Virus record (IMG/VR): IMGVR_UViG_3300025849_003344
Strand: one strand, 5' to 3'
DNA length: 64,000 bases
DNA from: a virus
Lineage: Duplodnaviria > Caudoviricetes
The stretch's first letter is position 1; the number at the start of each line of letters is the position of its first letter. Of this stretch, positions 1-8,170 are shown piece by piece. The position numbers were made by a program, and so were the translations under genes. A model generated the notes under the pieces. It was not told where the DNA came from, made no database searches, and worked only from the letters and a program-made list of their open reading frames with translations.

Positions 1-618
1 ATCATTCAATAAACCATTTTGCTCACAATATACTAAAAATTCTTGATTTAATTTTTTATGTTTAGATCCTAAATAACTGCAGAACAGATATTTTTTCTTA
101 TCGAACCAATTTGGATTGTAAAACAGATATTTCCTATTCATTGTATTCAATGAATCTGTTCTGAAATTAAACTCAAAAAACCTACTAAAGTTTACTATAA
201 GATCATCTTCATAGTGCGAATGACCCATTATTTTTATATTATAATTTTGTAAAAATTTCCACCAGTCTTGACTTGTAATAAACACACCATCTTGTTTTGA
301 TATATTTAGTATTTCCCAAGATCGATCTAAATAGCATTGAATGCCATGTTTATTACACCATTCAAATATATTTTCATTTTGCTGTAATAGATAAAGTTTA
401 CGTTCTGGATCGGTTAACCTATGACATATCTCATTACTTAAAACTTTATTAAAGAAGAATATTTTTGGAAGAGATGAACTAGGTGTGTCTATGAAAATAT
501 GTTTTGTCTTTCCGAATGCATATTGTGCAATTTGTCTTTCCTGTAAAAGACCTTCTAATCCGCTTCTTCTATCTGTTTTTCTACGATCAACCCATAATTC
601 AAATATTGGTGTTTCCAT
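1..618 (-). CDS. Partial ORF running off the window start; paralog of the 395-aa GT-like protein at 2195-3382
   Basis: Absent from the ORF track. Manual translation from ATG at 618 gives METPIFELWVDRRK...WCNKHGIQCYLDRSWE...YLFCSYLG, open to position 1. It matches WCLDNNIKVFLDDSWE...YFYNLFVG in the 2195-3382 protein. Confidence 0.75.
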   Translation of the reverse strand, partial: METPIFELWVDRRKTDRRSGLEGLLQERQIAQYAFGKTKHIFIDTPSSSLPKIFFFNKVLSNEICHRLTDPERKLYLLQQNENIFEWCNKHGIQCYLDRSWEILNISKQDGVFITSQDWWKFLQNYNIKIMGHSHYEDDLIVNFSRFFEFNFRTDSLNTMNRKYLFYNPNWFDKKKYLFCSYLGSKHKKLNQEFLVYCEQNGLLND

Positions 619-1708
619 ATGGAATTGCTCCGAGTCTTTCTCTCCATGGATCTACTATAACAGATCCTTCAGGGAATTCATAATCAGTATTTGAAGAGCC
701 AAATGTTGTTTGATGTGAATGCGCTAGTAAGAATACGGCTGGTTTACTAAAATCATCGAATGTACAATCGCAAAATTGAGAAACTAGAATAGATGGAGAT
801 CCATCTTCATATGGCACATCAGGTTTAAAACCTTTACCAATAATTATAATAGGAAGATCATGCTCAGTTGATAATTTTTTAAGATACTTTGCCATGTTAG
901 CAGCTTGTTTTTCTCTAGCTACTATGATAGTATCAAACATATCATAGCCTAGATCTAATTCTTGAGCTAGCCAACGCAATGCAATGTTATCACGAGGGTG
1001 ACAGCTACCTCCGTCACCCATGCCGGCTTTCATATATTTAGGTGACATAATGCGTAGTGTAGATTGTGCTAAGGCATCTGTAACAACATCGACGTTCATA
1101 TTACCTAATTTCATAGCAACGTCTTGCACCATATTAGCAAGAGTAATTTTAGTCGTTATAAACGTATTATAGAATATTTTAATAGATTCGCATTCTTCAT
1201 ATGTGCCACGAATGTATCTGTCACAATCACAAATACCTTTATAGAAATTTTCTAAAATCTCCATTGCTGATTCATCACCGCCCATCATAATCATTTCAGG
1301 ATTAACAAAGTCTTCTTTGACTGTTCCCATTGCGATTAGATAAGGGTTATATACAAACTTTGCATTTTGAATACGAGGTTCAAATTCCCTAGCTGTTGTT
1401 CCTGGTAATACTGTAGAAATTAATACAACAATCTGATCTTTATTCACTAAAGGATTGATTGCTTCGAGTGTTTCATTAACAATAGAATAATCAAAATCTT
1501 TTGGTTCTAGATCTGAACAAACATATCTTCCGTCATACAGCGGATCGTGAGGAGTTGGAACAGCTATAAAAATTATATCTTTATTTAAAACTGCGTCTGA
1601 TATTGATCCTCTACCATCGATATCATAACCAGTGACGTCATGCTGTGTAGCCATGACTTCACTGACTGGATTTCCTAGTTTACCTAATCCAATAAATCCG
1701 ATTTTCAT
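599..1708 (-). CDS. ugd: UDP-glucose/GDP-mannose dehydrogenase family nucleotide-sugar 6-dehydrogenase
   Basis: N-terminal Rossmann motif GFIGLGKLG; IFIAVPTP, STVLPGT, YNP, KIFYNTF; catalytic-type GDGGSCHPRD; GKGFKPDV. Confidence 0.88.
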   Translation of the reverse strand: MKIGFIGLGKLGNPVSEVMATQHDVTGYDIDGRGSISDAVLNKDIIFIAVPTPHDPLYDGRYVCSDLEPKDFDYSIVNETLEAINPLVNKDQIVVLISTVLPGTTAREFEPRIQNAKFVYNPYLIAMGTVKEDFVNPEMIMMGGDESAMEILENFYKGICDCDRYIRGTYEECESIKIFYNTFITTKITLANMVQDVAMKLGNMNVDVVTDALAQSTLRIMSPKYMKAGMGDGGSCHPRDNIALRWLAQELDLGYDMFDTIIVAREKQAANMAKYLKKLSTEHDLPIIIIGKGFKPDVPYEDGSPSILVSQFCDCTFDDFSKPAVFLLAHSHQTTFGSSNTDYEFPEGSVIVDPWRERLGAIPYGNTNI

Positions 1709-2214
1709 TATTTACCTGCTATTTCTAAGTTATATAATTTATCGTGGATATGATAATAGTAATTATATTTTTCATTAAAGCATGATCGTGCGGTGCTTCT
1801 CGGAAAGGCTAAACTTAGATTAACAATAATACCCTTTCTTGCATTATCTATTGCTATGTCATCATAAGTACTGTATATACATCTATCAATATGTTGCCCG
1901 CAGAAAAAAATATTTGGCTTATGTTTATGTTTTAATTCCTGAGTATAAAACCAATTCTTTGCCTCAACTTTAGGCCAGTCATGATCAGTTAATGATTCTA
2001 TCTAACCATTATGTGTGTTATGCGACACTATCTGATATCCATTGTTCGCTAAAACACTTAGACTGTACTTAAGATAATTATAAAAATATGCTCCTGACTT
2101 TAATACGTCATAAAAATCACTTGTATTGCTAGATTTAAGAGTATTTTCTTTCCAATGAGATTCACTCCACATATCAACTACGACAATATATCCTTTAGGC
2201 CAAGGTGAAGACAT
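1708..2214 (-). pseudogene. Isochorismatase/cysteine-hydrolase-like gene (about 168 codons) interrupted by one in-frame TAG at 2002-2004
   Basis: The 70-aa ORF (GYIVVVDMW) continues in frame after TAG for 97 more sense codons (IESLTDHDWP...NIFFCGQHIDRCIY...EIAGK). It ends at TAA 1708-1710, which overlaps the ugd ATG (TAATG). Confidence 0.6.
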
Positions 2215-3382
2215 TATATAAGTGTTCCTTGTATTTAGAAATTCTAGAATTTTTCATGTACAAATAATAGTTATATTCTATCTTTTCAATTAAAGAAGGT
2301 TGACTAAATATTGACATTGGTTCTTTTTCAAGTCGTTTGACGTTGTCAGCAATATGCTGAGCTCTCTTGTATATATTATATCTGCCGTCATCTTCACCTC
2401 CTTGTGGTTCTTCAAAAGAGTAATCAAACAGCTCATCGTATAATTCAAAGCCATATTTACTTGCAAATATTTGATTATCTTTAGGACCGCCAAATATAAT
2501 AAAAGGAAGCTTAGCTATTACGTGCTTAAAAGTTTTTTCTGTATAAAATCCATCAACCGCCATAGTCTCATTAACTACAGAGAAATGGCAATTTAGCATT
2601 TCTTGAGGTATTCTTCTTTCATCTATAATATTTAAAGGATCTTTAGGATTAAAATAAGAATATTTAAATTGCAATTCGTATGGATCGTGTTTTAAAACTT
2701 CTTGCTGATTATTTTTTGCGTAATTAATAAATTGTAAATAACCAGAATCTTTTATATCTAAATTGCAATTGCTAATCCATTCTAGTTTGTTAAGATCACT
2801 TTTATTAATTTTTGTAACGATAGAGTTCTCATCTATCAAATCATTATATGCAAACACCGAATACAATATACTAGACTTGTCTTTTGTAATATCGCCTACA
2901 AATAAATTATAAAAATATTCTTTATCAGAGAATCTAGAATGGTAAGTATTTTGCCTAGTTCTATGATTCCATTCGTCATGCTGATAACGCATACTAAAGA
3001 AAAAACTATTAATGTCAACAAAAATAGGATTGTCGGTAATAGTATTTGTTAATATTTTTATATTGTTATCGAGAAAAAACTTTTCGTATTGTCTTGTCAA
3101 TTGACTAAGATTTTCACCACCATATTCCCAACTATCGTCTAGAAACACTTTAATATTATTATCTAGACACCATTTTATTTCCTTCATTTGGGTCTCAGGA
3201 AATACACTATTATGTTGTATACTATGATTGTAGTAAATTATTGCAATGTTTTGCTCATTATGATTTACATCTAAAAAGAAAGGTTTGTGGGTAAACGTAG
3301 TCTCCCACAAACCTGCTAACTTCACGTCTTGAAGCCATGAATTGCCTCCATGGATATCATAATCTAAATATGTATTAATCAT
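2195..3382 (-). CDS. Putative glycosyltransferase-like protein of marine phage glyco-islands
   Basis: C-terminal HFSVVNET...FYTEKTFK...PFIIFG...GFELYDELFDYSFE motif, recalled from GT-B-like phage proteins; neighbours are sugar genes. Confidence 0.5.
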   Translation of the reverse strand: MINTYLDYDIHGGNSWLQDVKLAGLWETTFTHKPFFLDVNHNEQNIAIIYYNHSIQHNSVFPETQMKEIKWCLDNNIKVFLDDSWEYGGENLSQLTRQYEKFFLDNNIKILTNTITDNPIFVDINSFFFSMRYQHDEWNHRTRQNTYHSRFSDKEYFYNLFVGDITKDKSSILYSVFAYNDLIDENSIVTKINKSDLNKLEWISNCNLDIKDSGYLQFINYAKNNQQEVLKHDPYELQFKYSYFNPKDPLNIIDERRIPQEMLNCHFSVVNETMAVDGFYTEKTFKHVIAKLPFIIFGGPKDNQIFASKYGFELYDELFDYSFEEPQGGEDDGRYNIYKRAQHIADNVKRLEKEPMSIFSQPSLIEKIEYNYYLYMKNSRISKYKEHLYNVFTLA

Positions 3383-3384
3383 TA

Positions 3385-3795
3385 TTACTTATTGCCGATA
3401 TTATATTTTGGGCAAAGTTCCCACTGTTCTTTCTCTTTAAAAGGAATAATTTTAATCTGTCTAAGTGGCGCTAATGGTTTGGCTTCTTCAGCATTTTGAA
3501 TCTCAACCAAACCCCAATCAGACATTAGAGTTGTAATAGTATTTCTACGAGCTACATCATTTTCTTCAAGATTTGCTTTCTTACCGTCAAGCAAGAATAA
3601 CTCTTTAAAATGCACAATAAAATAACGGCCTTGTTTATGCAATATATGACAAGACTGAAATAGTTTTTTATCTTTACGGGATGCGACACCAATACGTGTC
3701 AATGTTTCACGAACCTTTAAAAAATCATCTGGTTCGTTTAAAGTAATTTCCAACATAGTAGCTGGAGACCACTCAACAATTATTTGTTCTTCCAC
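3385..3795 (-). CDS. regA: RegA translational repressor
   Basis: DDFLKVRETLTRIGVAS, LFQSCHILHKQGRYFIVHFKELFLLDG, KEQWELCPKYNIG; follows gp62. Confidence 0.96.
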   Translation of the reverse strand: MEEQIIVEWSPATMLEITLNEPDDFLKVRETLTRIGVASRKDKKLFQSCHILHKQGRYFIVHFKELFLLDGKKANLEENDVARRNTITTLMSDWGLVEIQNAEEAKPLAPLRQIKIIPFKEKEQWELCPKYNIGNK

Positions 3796-4159
3796 CTTTA
3801 TTCACCTTCTTCTTTAACCCATTTATTTGTTCGGGTGAGAGAAGTGGTAATATTTGACGAGCTTTCTCATTACTATAGCCATAATATTTTTTAACCACTT
3901 CAACGTCACTCTCAATCTGAGGCTTTATCCATTTAGAAAAGCGTTTGCGCTTTCTAACCATATTTATAAGAAAGTCAAATTGTAAACGATTGTCAAGGTG
4001 GTGGTAGCGATTCATCTCATTAGCTAGTACAACAGTATCGTTAAAATAAGAAAGTGAACGATTGACCATAAAACTGTTATATGCTTTTTCTGTTATATCA
4101 TCTGTTATAACATCTTTTTTAGTGGTATTAATAGAATTTAAATAATCAAACGGGTTCAT
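3773..4159 (-). CDS. gp62: Clamp loader small subunit gp62
   Basis: MNPFDYLNSIN, YNSFMVNRSLSYFNDTV...ANEMN, KRKRFSKW, KKYYGYSNEKA. Confidence 0.93.
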   Translation of the reverse strand: MNPFDYLNSINTTKKDVITDDITEKAYNSFMVNRSLSYFNDTVVLANEMNRYHHLDNRLQFDFLINMVRKRKRFSKWIKPQIESDVEVVKKYYGYSNEKARQILPLLSPEQINGLKKKVNKGGRTNNC

Positions 4160-5196
4160 AGCTGTCCTTCAATTCCACTATCTACTCCAGGCCATTCGGG
4201 CTTAAATAGTCTTTTGATACCTTCTAACATTTCAAATGTTTCTTCTGGCCTAGATACGTGAAAACATCGATGAGGAAACGATTGTATTTGTTTAGCAAAA
4301 GGATAATCGTTGCCGCCTTCTTGAGTATCATCGCCAAAGAAGATAATACTATTATACACTTCTTCTAGGTGTTTGTACACCTGTCCTTTATCCCTTCCGT
4401 CTTCACACACGTCGATGCCAGTTTCTCCAGCAATTTGAGCAGAGTACGAATGAAATACTGAATTAAATTCTCTTGCTAAGATTTCTCTTTCATTAGTGCG
4501 TTCATCATATTTAATATATTCCTGACGTTTCTTCTTTGTACAGCCTCTTCCTATAATAGAGAAATTCATCATACCAGGACGTAGGTCAATATGTTTTTTA
4601 CCAGTCCTATATGGAAACTTGCTTTCTTCAAGTCGCTGCTTACACCATTTAACCATTACTGTCGACATAGTAAACGTAGGAACAGACTTGACCAACTCAT
4701 CATTTACCCATAACTCATTACCAGCGCACTGATAAGAACCTTTTACAACTTTAGTTAAATCTCCTAATTGCTCTTTAGTCTTGGCAAAGTCTGATCCAGT
4801 AAGAAAGTAAATATCGACACTACTAGAAAGTTGCCGTATTACTTCTGCATAATCAGGATCGATCTTTTCTCTACTAGGAGTAATAGTTCCATCAACATCA
4901 AAAACAAGACAATTATCTTTTTTAGTTTGTGCTATAGCTTCTTTTATTCTCTGACCTAAATTTTCACCTGTCAGCTTTTTTGTATCAATATCTTTATTGA
5001 TCCATATGTCATGACCAGGCACTCTCCAATAAAGCATAGGAACAGTCTTATGACCTTTCCTTTTCAGGAAGGCTTTTGCCTCTGGATCTTTGGTAATGTC
5101 GACTGCTTGAAAGTCTTCGGTGCCATCCATCTTACTGAGCATGCGCTTCATGATCTCACAATAGTGGCATCTTGGTTGTGTGTATAGTATTAGCAT
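4156..5196 (-). CDS. Fusion of a glutaredoxin/NrdH-like domain and a HAD-IIB phosphomannomutase (PMM/SEC53 type)
   Basis: N-terminal LYTQPRCHYC...TVPML; then FDVDGT, FLTGSD, RPGMMNFSIIGR, FFGDDTQEGGNDY in a single ORF. Confidence 0.8.
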   Translation of the reverse strand: MLILYTQPRCHYCEIMKRMLSKMDGTEDFQAVDITKDPEAKAFLKRKGHKTVPMLYWRVPGHDIWINKDIDTKKLTGENLGQRIKEAIAQTKKDNCLVFDVDGTITPSREKIDPDYAEVIRQLSSSVDIYFLTGSDFAKTKEQLGDLTKVVKGSYQCAGNELWVNDELVKSVPTFTMSTVMVKWCKQRLEESKFPYRTGKKHIDLRPGMMNFSIIGRGCTKKKRQEYIKYDERTNEREILAREFNSVFHSYSAQIAGETGIDVCEDGRDKGQVYKHLEEVYNSIIFFGDDTQEGGNDYPFAKQIQSFPHRCFHVSRPEETFEMLEGIKRLFKPEWPGVDSGIEGQL

Positions 5197-6134
5197 TAAT
5201 TAAACTCTACATTTGCCATTATCTCTGTCATACAAGCCACAACATTTAATTCGTGATCTGCCACGAAAGCGTGCTTGTATTGATAGTCTGCTAATATAAG
5301 TACGAGTTGCGGTATTGATCTACTAGCAACTACTTCTGTCATATTATCATATAATCCACGAAAGATAGATGAGGCATCGACGTCCATGTTATTTGCGACC
5401 CAATGCCTCATCTTCTTGAAGTCTTTTTCTTTTAGGTGTTTGGAGAGATCACTAATGGAAGCAAGGCCATTGCTATTATCGTTACCATTAATCCCGCTAC
5501 CACCAAATCCACTTCTTTGCCCTTCATTTAATACTCTCCTCCAGTCTGGAGCGTACTTCATAACGAGATTAGCCGCAGCATTTTTCTCGAATGATACGCC
5601 TTCTTGATTAAGTATATATACGAAACGCTTGAAAAATTGTGCTGCTAGCTCGGCCATTTCTTTCTTTGAAGTATTAAATTCGTATACACCACAGCGAGAG
5701 TGAAGTGGTTCGATAATACGATTTTTAAAATTACAAGTAAGAATGAACCGGCAATTATTGCTAAACTCTTCAATAAATCCGCGAAGTGCAGGTTGAGTAG
5801 ATTGTGGATTAAGATAATCTGCTTCGTCTAAGATAACAACTTTATATCCACCCTGTAATGAAACAGTAGATGCAAATTGCTTGATCTTAGTACGAAGTGT
5901 ATCAATGTTGCCTTCTTCCGAACCATTGATTATGATATAATCTAAGCCCAGTTCATTGCATAATGCTTTAGCAACAGTCGTTTTACCTAGACCGGCTGTA
6001 CCGGTGAAAAGCATGTTAGGCATTTCACCGGTATCAACCATGCTCTGAAACGTGTCTTTAAGTCTAGGAGGCAGTATCGTTTCAGATATAGCTTTAGGCC
6101 GATATTTTTCGACCCATAGAAATTCGTTTGACAT
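5196..6134 (-). CDS. gp44: Clamp loader AAA+ subunit gp44
   Basis: LWVEKYRP, Walker A GTAGLGKT, Walker B VILDEAD, IIEPLHSRC. Start set at MSNEF (6134) after a GAAGGA SD; the ORF track extends to a TTG at 6173. Confidence 0.96.
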   Translation of the reverse strand: MSNEFLWVEKYRPKAISETILPPRLKDTFQSMVDTGEMPNMLFTGTAGLGKTTVAKALCNELGLDYIIINGSEEGNIDTLRTKIKQFASTVSLQGGYKVVILDEADYLNPQSTQPALRGFIEEFSNNCRFILTCNFKNRIIEPLHSRCGVYEFNTSKKEMAELAAQFFKRFVYILNQEGVSFEKNAAANLVMKYAPDWRRVLNEGQRSGFGGSGINGNDNSNGLASISDLSKHLKEKDFKKMRHWVANNMDVDASSIFRGLYDNMTEVVASRSIPQLVLILADYQYKHAFVADHELNVVACMTEIMANVEFN

Positions 6135-6156
6135 ATTCTTTCCTTCATAATATAAT

Positions 6157-6185
6157 ATAATAACATAGTTCAATAGGAAAGTACA
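6157..6185 (-). promoter_or_regulatory. Early sigma70-type promoter upstream of gp44
   Basis: TGTACT-N17-TATTAT with a TG extended -10; resembles the other early promoters in the window. Confidence 0.5.
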
Positions 6186-6188
6186 TAG

Positions 6189-6413
6189 TTATTCAGCGGT
6201 AGCTTGCTCCTGCTGATAGTTTTCTGCCAATTGAATAACTTGAACACATTGGTCACGAAGTTGTCCAATAGTAGAAAGCTCTTCTCCTTTAAAGGCACCT
6301 CGTTGACACATAGTGTCAATCACCGCAATCATACTGCGCGAAGCACGATTACTTGTTTCATAAATGGGAGCATGCGGATCCGCTGCTTGCTCTTCTTTTT
6401 TATTTTTTGACAT
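6189..6413 (-). CDS. Small conserved hypothetical protein between gp45 and gp44
   Basis: VIDTMCQRGAFKGEELSTIGQLRD; abuts the gp45 stop; likely start MSKNKK. Confidence 0.7.
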   Translation of the reverse strand: MSKNKKEEQAADPHAPIYETSNRASRSMIAVIDTMCQRGAFKGEELSTIGQLRDQCVQVIQLAENYQQEQATAE

Positions 6414-6414
6414 T

Positions 6415-7089
6415 TTATACTCCGTATTCTGATGTCTTTTCAAGGGCGATCCAATATTGAATGCCTACTTCTTTGTTAACAAAATGTGAAATAAGTTTTG
6501 ATGAGATACCAACTTCATAATCACCCGGAATCATTTTCAGATTTGCAATATTAAAGATGAAGTTAAAATTATCTCCTACAAATTCTCCACTCACATCAAT
6601 GGAGAATGCATTTGACGTTGCGTTTTGACTATCAACAACTGATAGACTTAACACTCCGTCTTTTCCAGTAATGGAAAGCTCAGAGTGGCCAAGAGTCGAG
6701 GCCGCTCGTTTAATTCGATTTAGTGTATCTTGATCCAAATTAAATGTCACATCAGCAGATGGCATTTTAACATCCTTACTAGGAGACGTTAGCATCTCAG
6801 GATCAGAAAAGAAATATTTAATTCGAGAGCGATTACTGCTATCTGTAATAACCACATAATCTTGCTCAAATGCTAAACGAGGTTCACCAACGAGATTGAT
6901 AACACCTAGAAACTCATTGAGATCATAGATGCCAAATTCTTGTGGGAAACTTTCATCGAGCGTAGCCGAAGACAAAACATTGCGTGCCTCGGTCATAGTT
7001 TTAATTGTGTTACCTTCTTGAATCACGATATTGGGATTAATCGATGCGTAATTCTTCAATACAGAAAGTGTTGAGTCTTTCAGTTCCAT
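6415..7089 (-). CDS. gp45: Sliding clamp gp45
   Basis: TLSVLKNYASINPNI, FGIYDLNEFL, NLKMIPGDYEV, YWIALE. Confidence 0.96.
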   Translation of the reverse strand: MELKDSTLSVLKNYASINPNIVIQEGNTIKTMTEARNVLSSATLDESFPQEFGIYDLNEFLGVINLVGEPRLAFEQDYVVITDSSNRSRIKYFFSDPEMLTSPSKDVKMPSADVTFNLDQDTLNRIKRAASTLGHSELSITGKDGVLSLSVVDSQNATSNAFSIDVSGEFVGDNFNFIFNIANLKMIPGDYEVGISSKLISHFVNKEVGIQYWIALEKTSEYGV

Positions 7090-7115
7090 TATATACTCCA
7101 GTTGATTATGTATAT

Positions 7116-7145
7116 ATTATACCACATGTTAACGTCATTGTAAAC
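7116..7145 (-). promoter_or_regulatory. T4-type early promoter upstream of gp45
   Basis: GTTTACA-N17-TATAAT preceded by TGTGG, matching the T4 early consensus; GGAG SD before the gp45 ATG. Confidence 0.8.
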
Positions 7146-8169
7146 TATTAAATTCAAATCCACGAATTTTATTCATAATTTTTGTGTTCCTTTCTAACTC
7201 TTCTTTGCAAAAATGATCATACTGAGAAATTATCTCCATAGGCAAATATTCTACGCTATCGATTTCTTTTTGAGTCATGGTGAATATTGGAGAGCACCAC
7301 CGTGGATCATATACAATATTATTCCAGACTAGGTTACATTCTATATTTAGAGAGTTATGCCATTCTGTTATTTCGTTAAGACTGCGAATATTATAACTAG
7401 AAATTGTTGGAACAATACTTAAAACTTGTATTCCTAAATTAAAAACTAACTCTAAGTTTTTTACTGTTTTATCAAACGGAGTACCTCTAATCCAATCATA
7501 TTTTCTTCCTACAGCATCAATGCTGAATATTAATTCGAAATTATAATGATATTTTTTTATAATATCTAAAAACTTCTGAGGTATTAGTACGCCATTAGTT
7601 ACAATTACAACTCGGCAAAAAGGATTTATTTCAAATAAAGATTCTAATATTTGAACGTTACGCATGTCAGCAAAAGGTTCTCCACCTTTCAATGTTAATG
7701 TTTGCAAATCAGGTAATATTTCTAATACCTTTTCTAAATCGTTAGCCGATAAACTATATGATTTTTCTGCTGGACGATCGAAGTAATGTTCTATTTTTCT
7801 CCACTGGCTACTAAACTTACTTCCACAGGTTACGCATTGTTGATTGCAAGTATTGCTTGTCGTAAGTTCTAAATATTGTAAAGTTTTTAGATCTGGATCA
7901 AATCTCTGAGAATCGTCATAGCCAGTAAAAATGTTTTGCTTTTTGTCATTCTGACAAGCAACACAATCCTTTATTTTGTTCCATCCAAAAAGGTCAAACG
8001 ATTTTTGTATTTTTTCATATTCTTCACCATAAAAAAAATCATATAAACTATCTACGTCGCTTATGTGAATATTAAAAATACCTTTTTTGCTTTCAATCAT
8101 ACAGCATAACGTTAAATAACCCTGCGGATCAATAGTCATGCCAGTCCATGGAAAAGTACAGTTTTTCAT
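7135..8169 (-). CDS. Radical SAM protein with an N-terminal SPASM/twitch-like Cys cluster
   Basis: CNQQCVTC (CxxxCxxC), GGEPF, VTNG, FSIDAVG; N-terminal CTFPW...LCC...CVAC. Confidence 0.85.
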   Translation of the reverse strand: MKNCTFPWTGMTIDPQGYLTLCCMIESKKGIFNIHISDVDSLYDFFYGEEYEKIQKSFDLFGWNKIKDCVACQNDKKQNIFTGYDDSQRFDPDLKTLQYLELTTSNTCNQQCVTCGSKFSSQWRKIEHYFDRPAEKSYSLSANDLEKVLEILPDLQTLTLKGGEPFADMRNVQILESLFEINPFCRVVIVTNGVLIPQKFLDIIKKYHYNFELIFSIDAVGRKYDWIRGTPFDKTVKNLELVFNLGIQVLSIVPTISSYNIRSLNEITEWHNSLNIECNLVWNNIVYDPRWCSPIFTMTQKEIDSVEYLPMEIISQYDHFCKEELERNTKIMNKIRGFEFNSLQ

Positions 8170-8170
8170 T

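Noticed and set aside
4156-5196. Eukaryotic or giant-virus contamination suggested by the SEC53-type PMM
   Set aside because: The gene is translationally coupled to gp44 and gp62 on both sides and matches local composition
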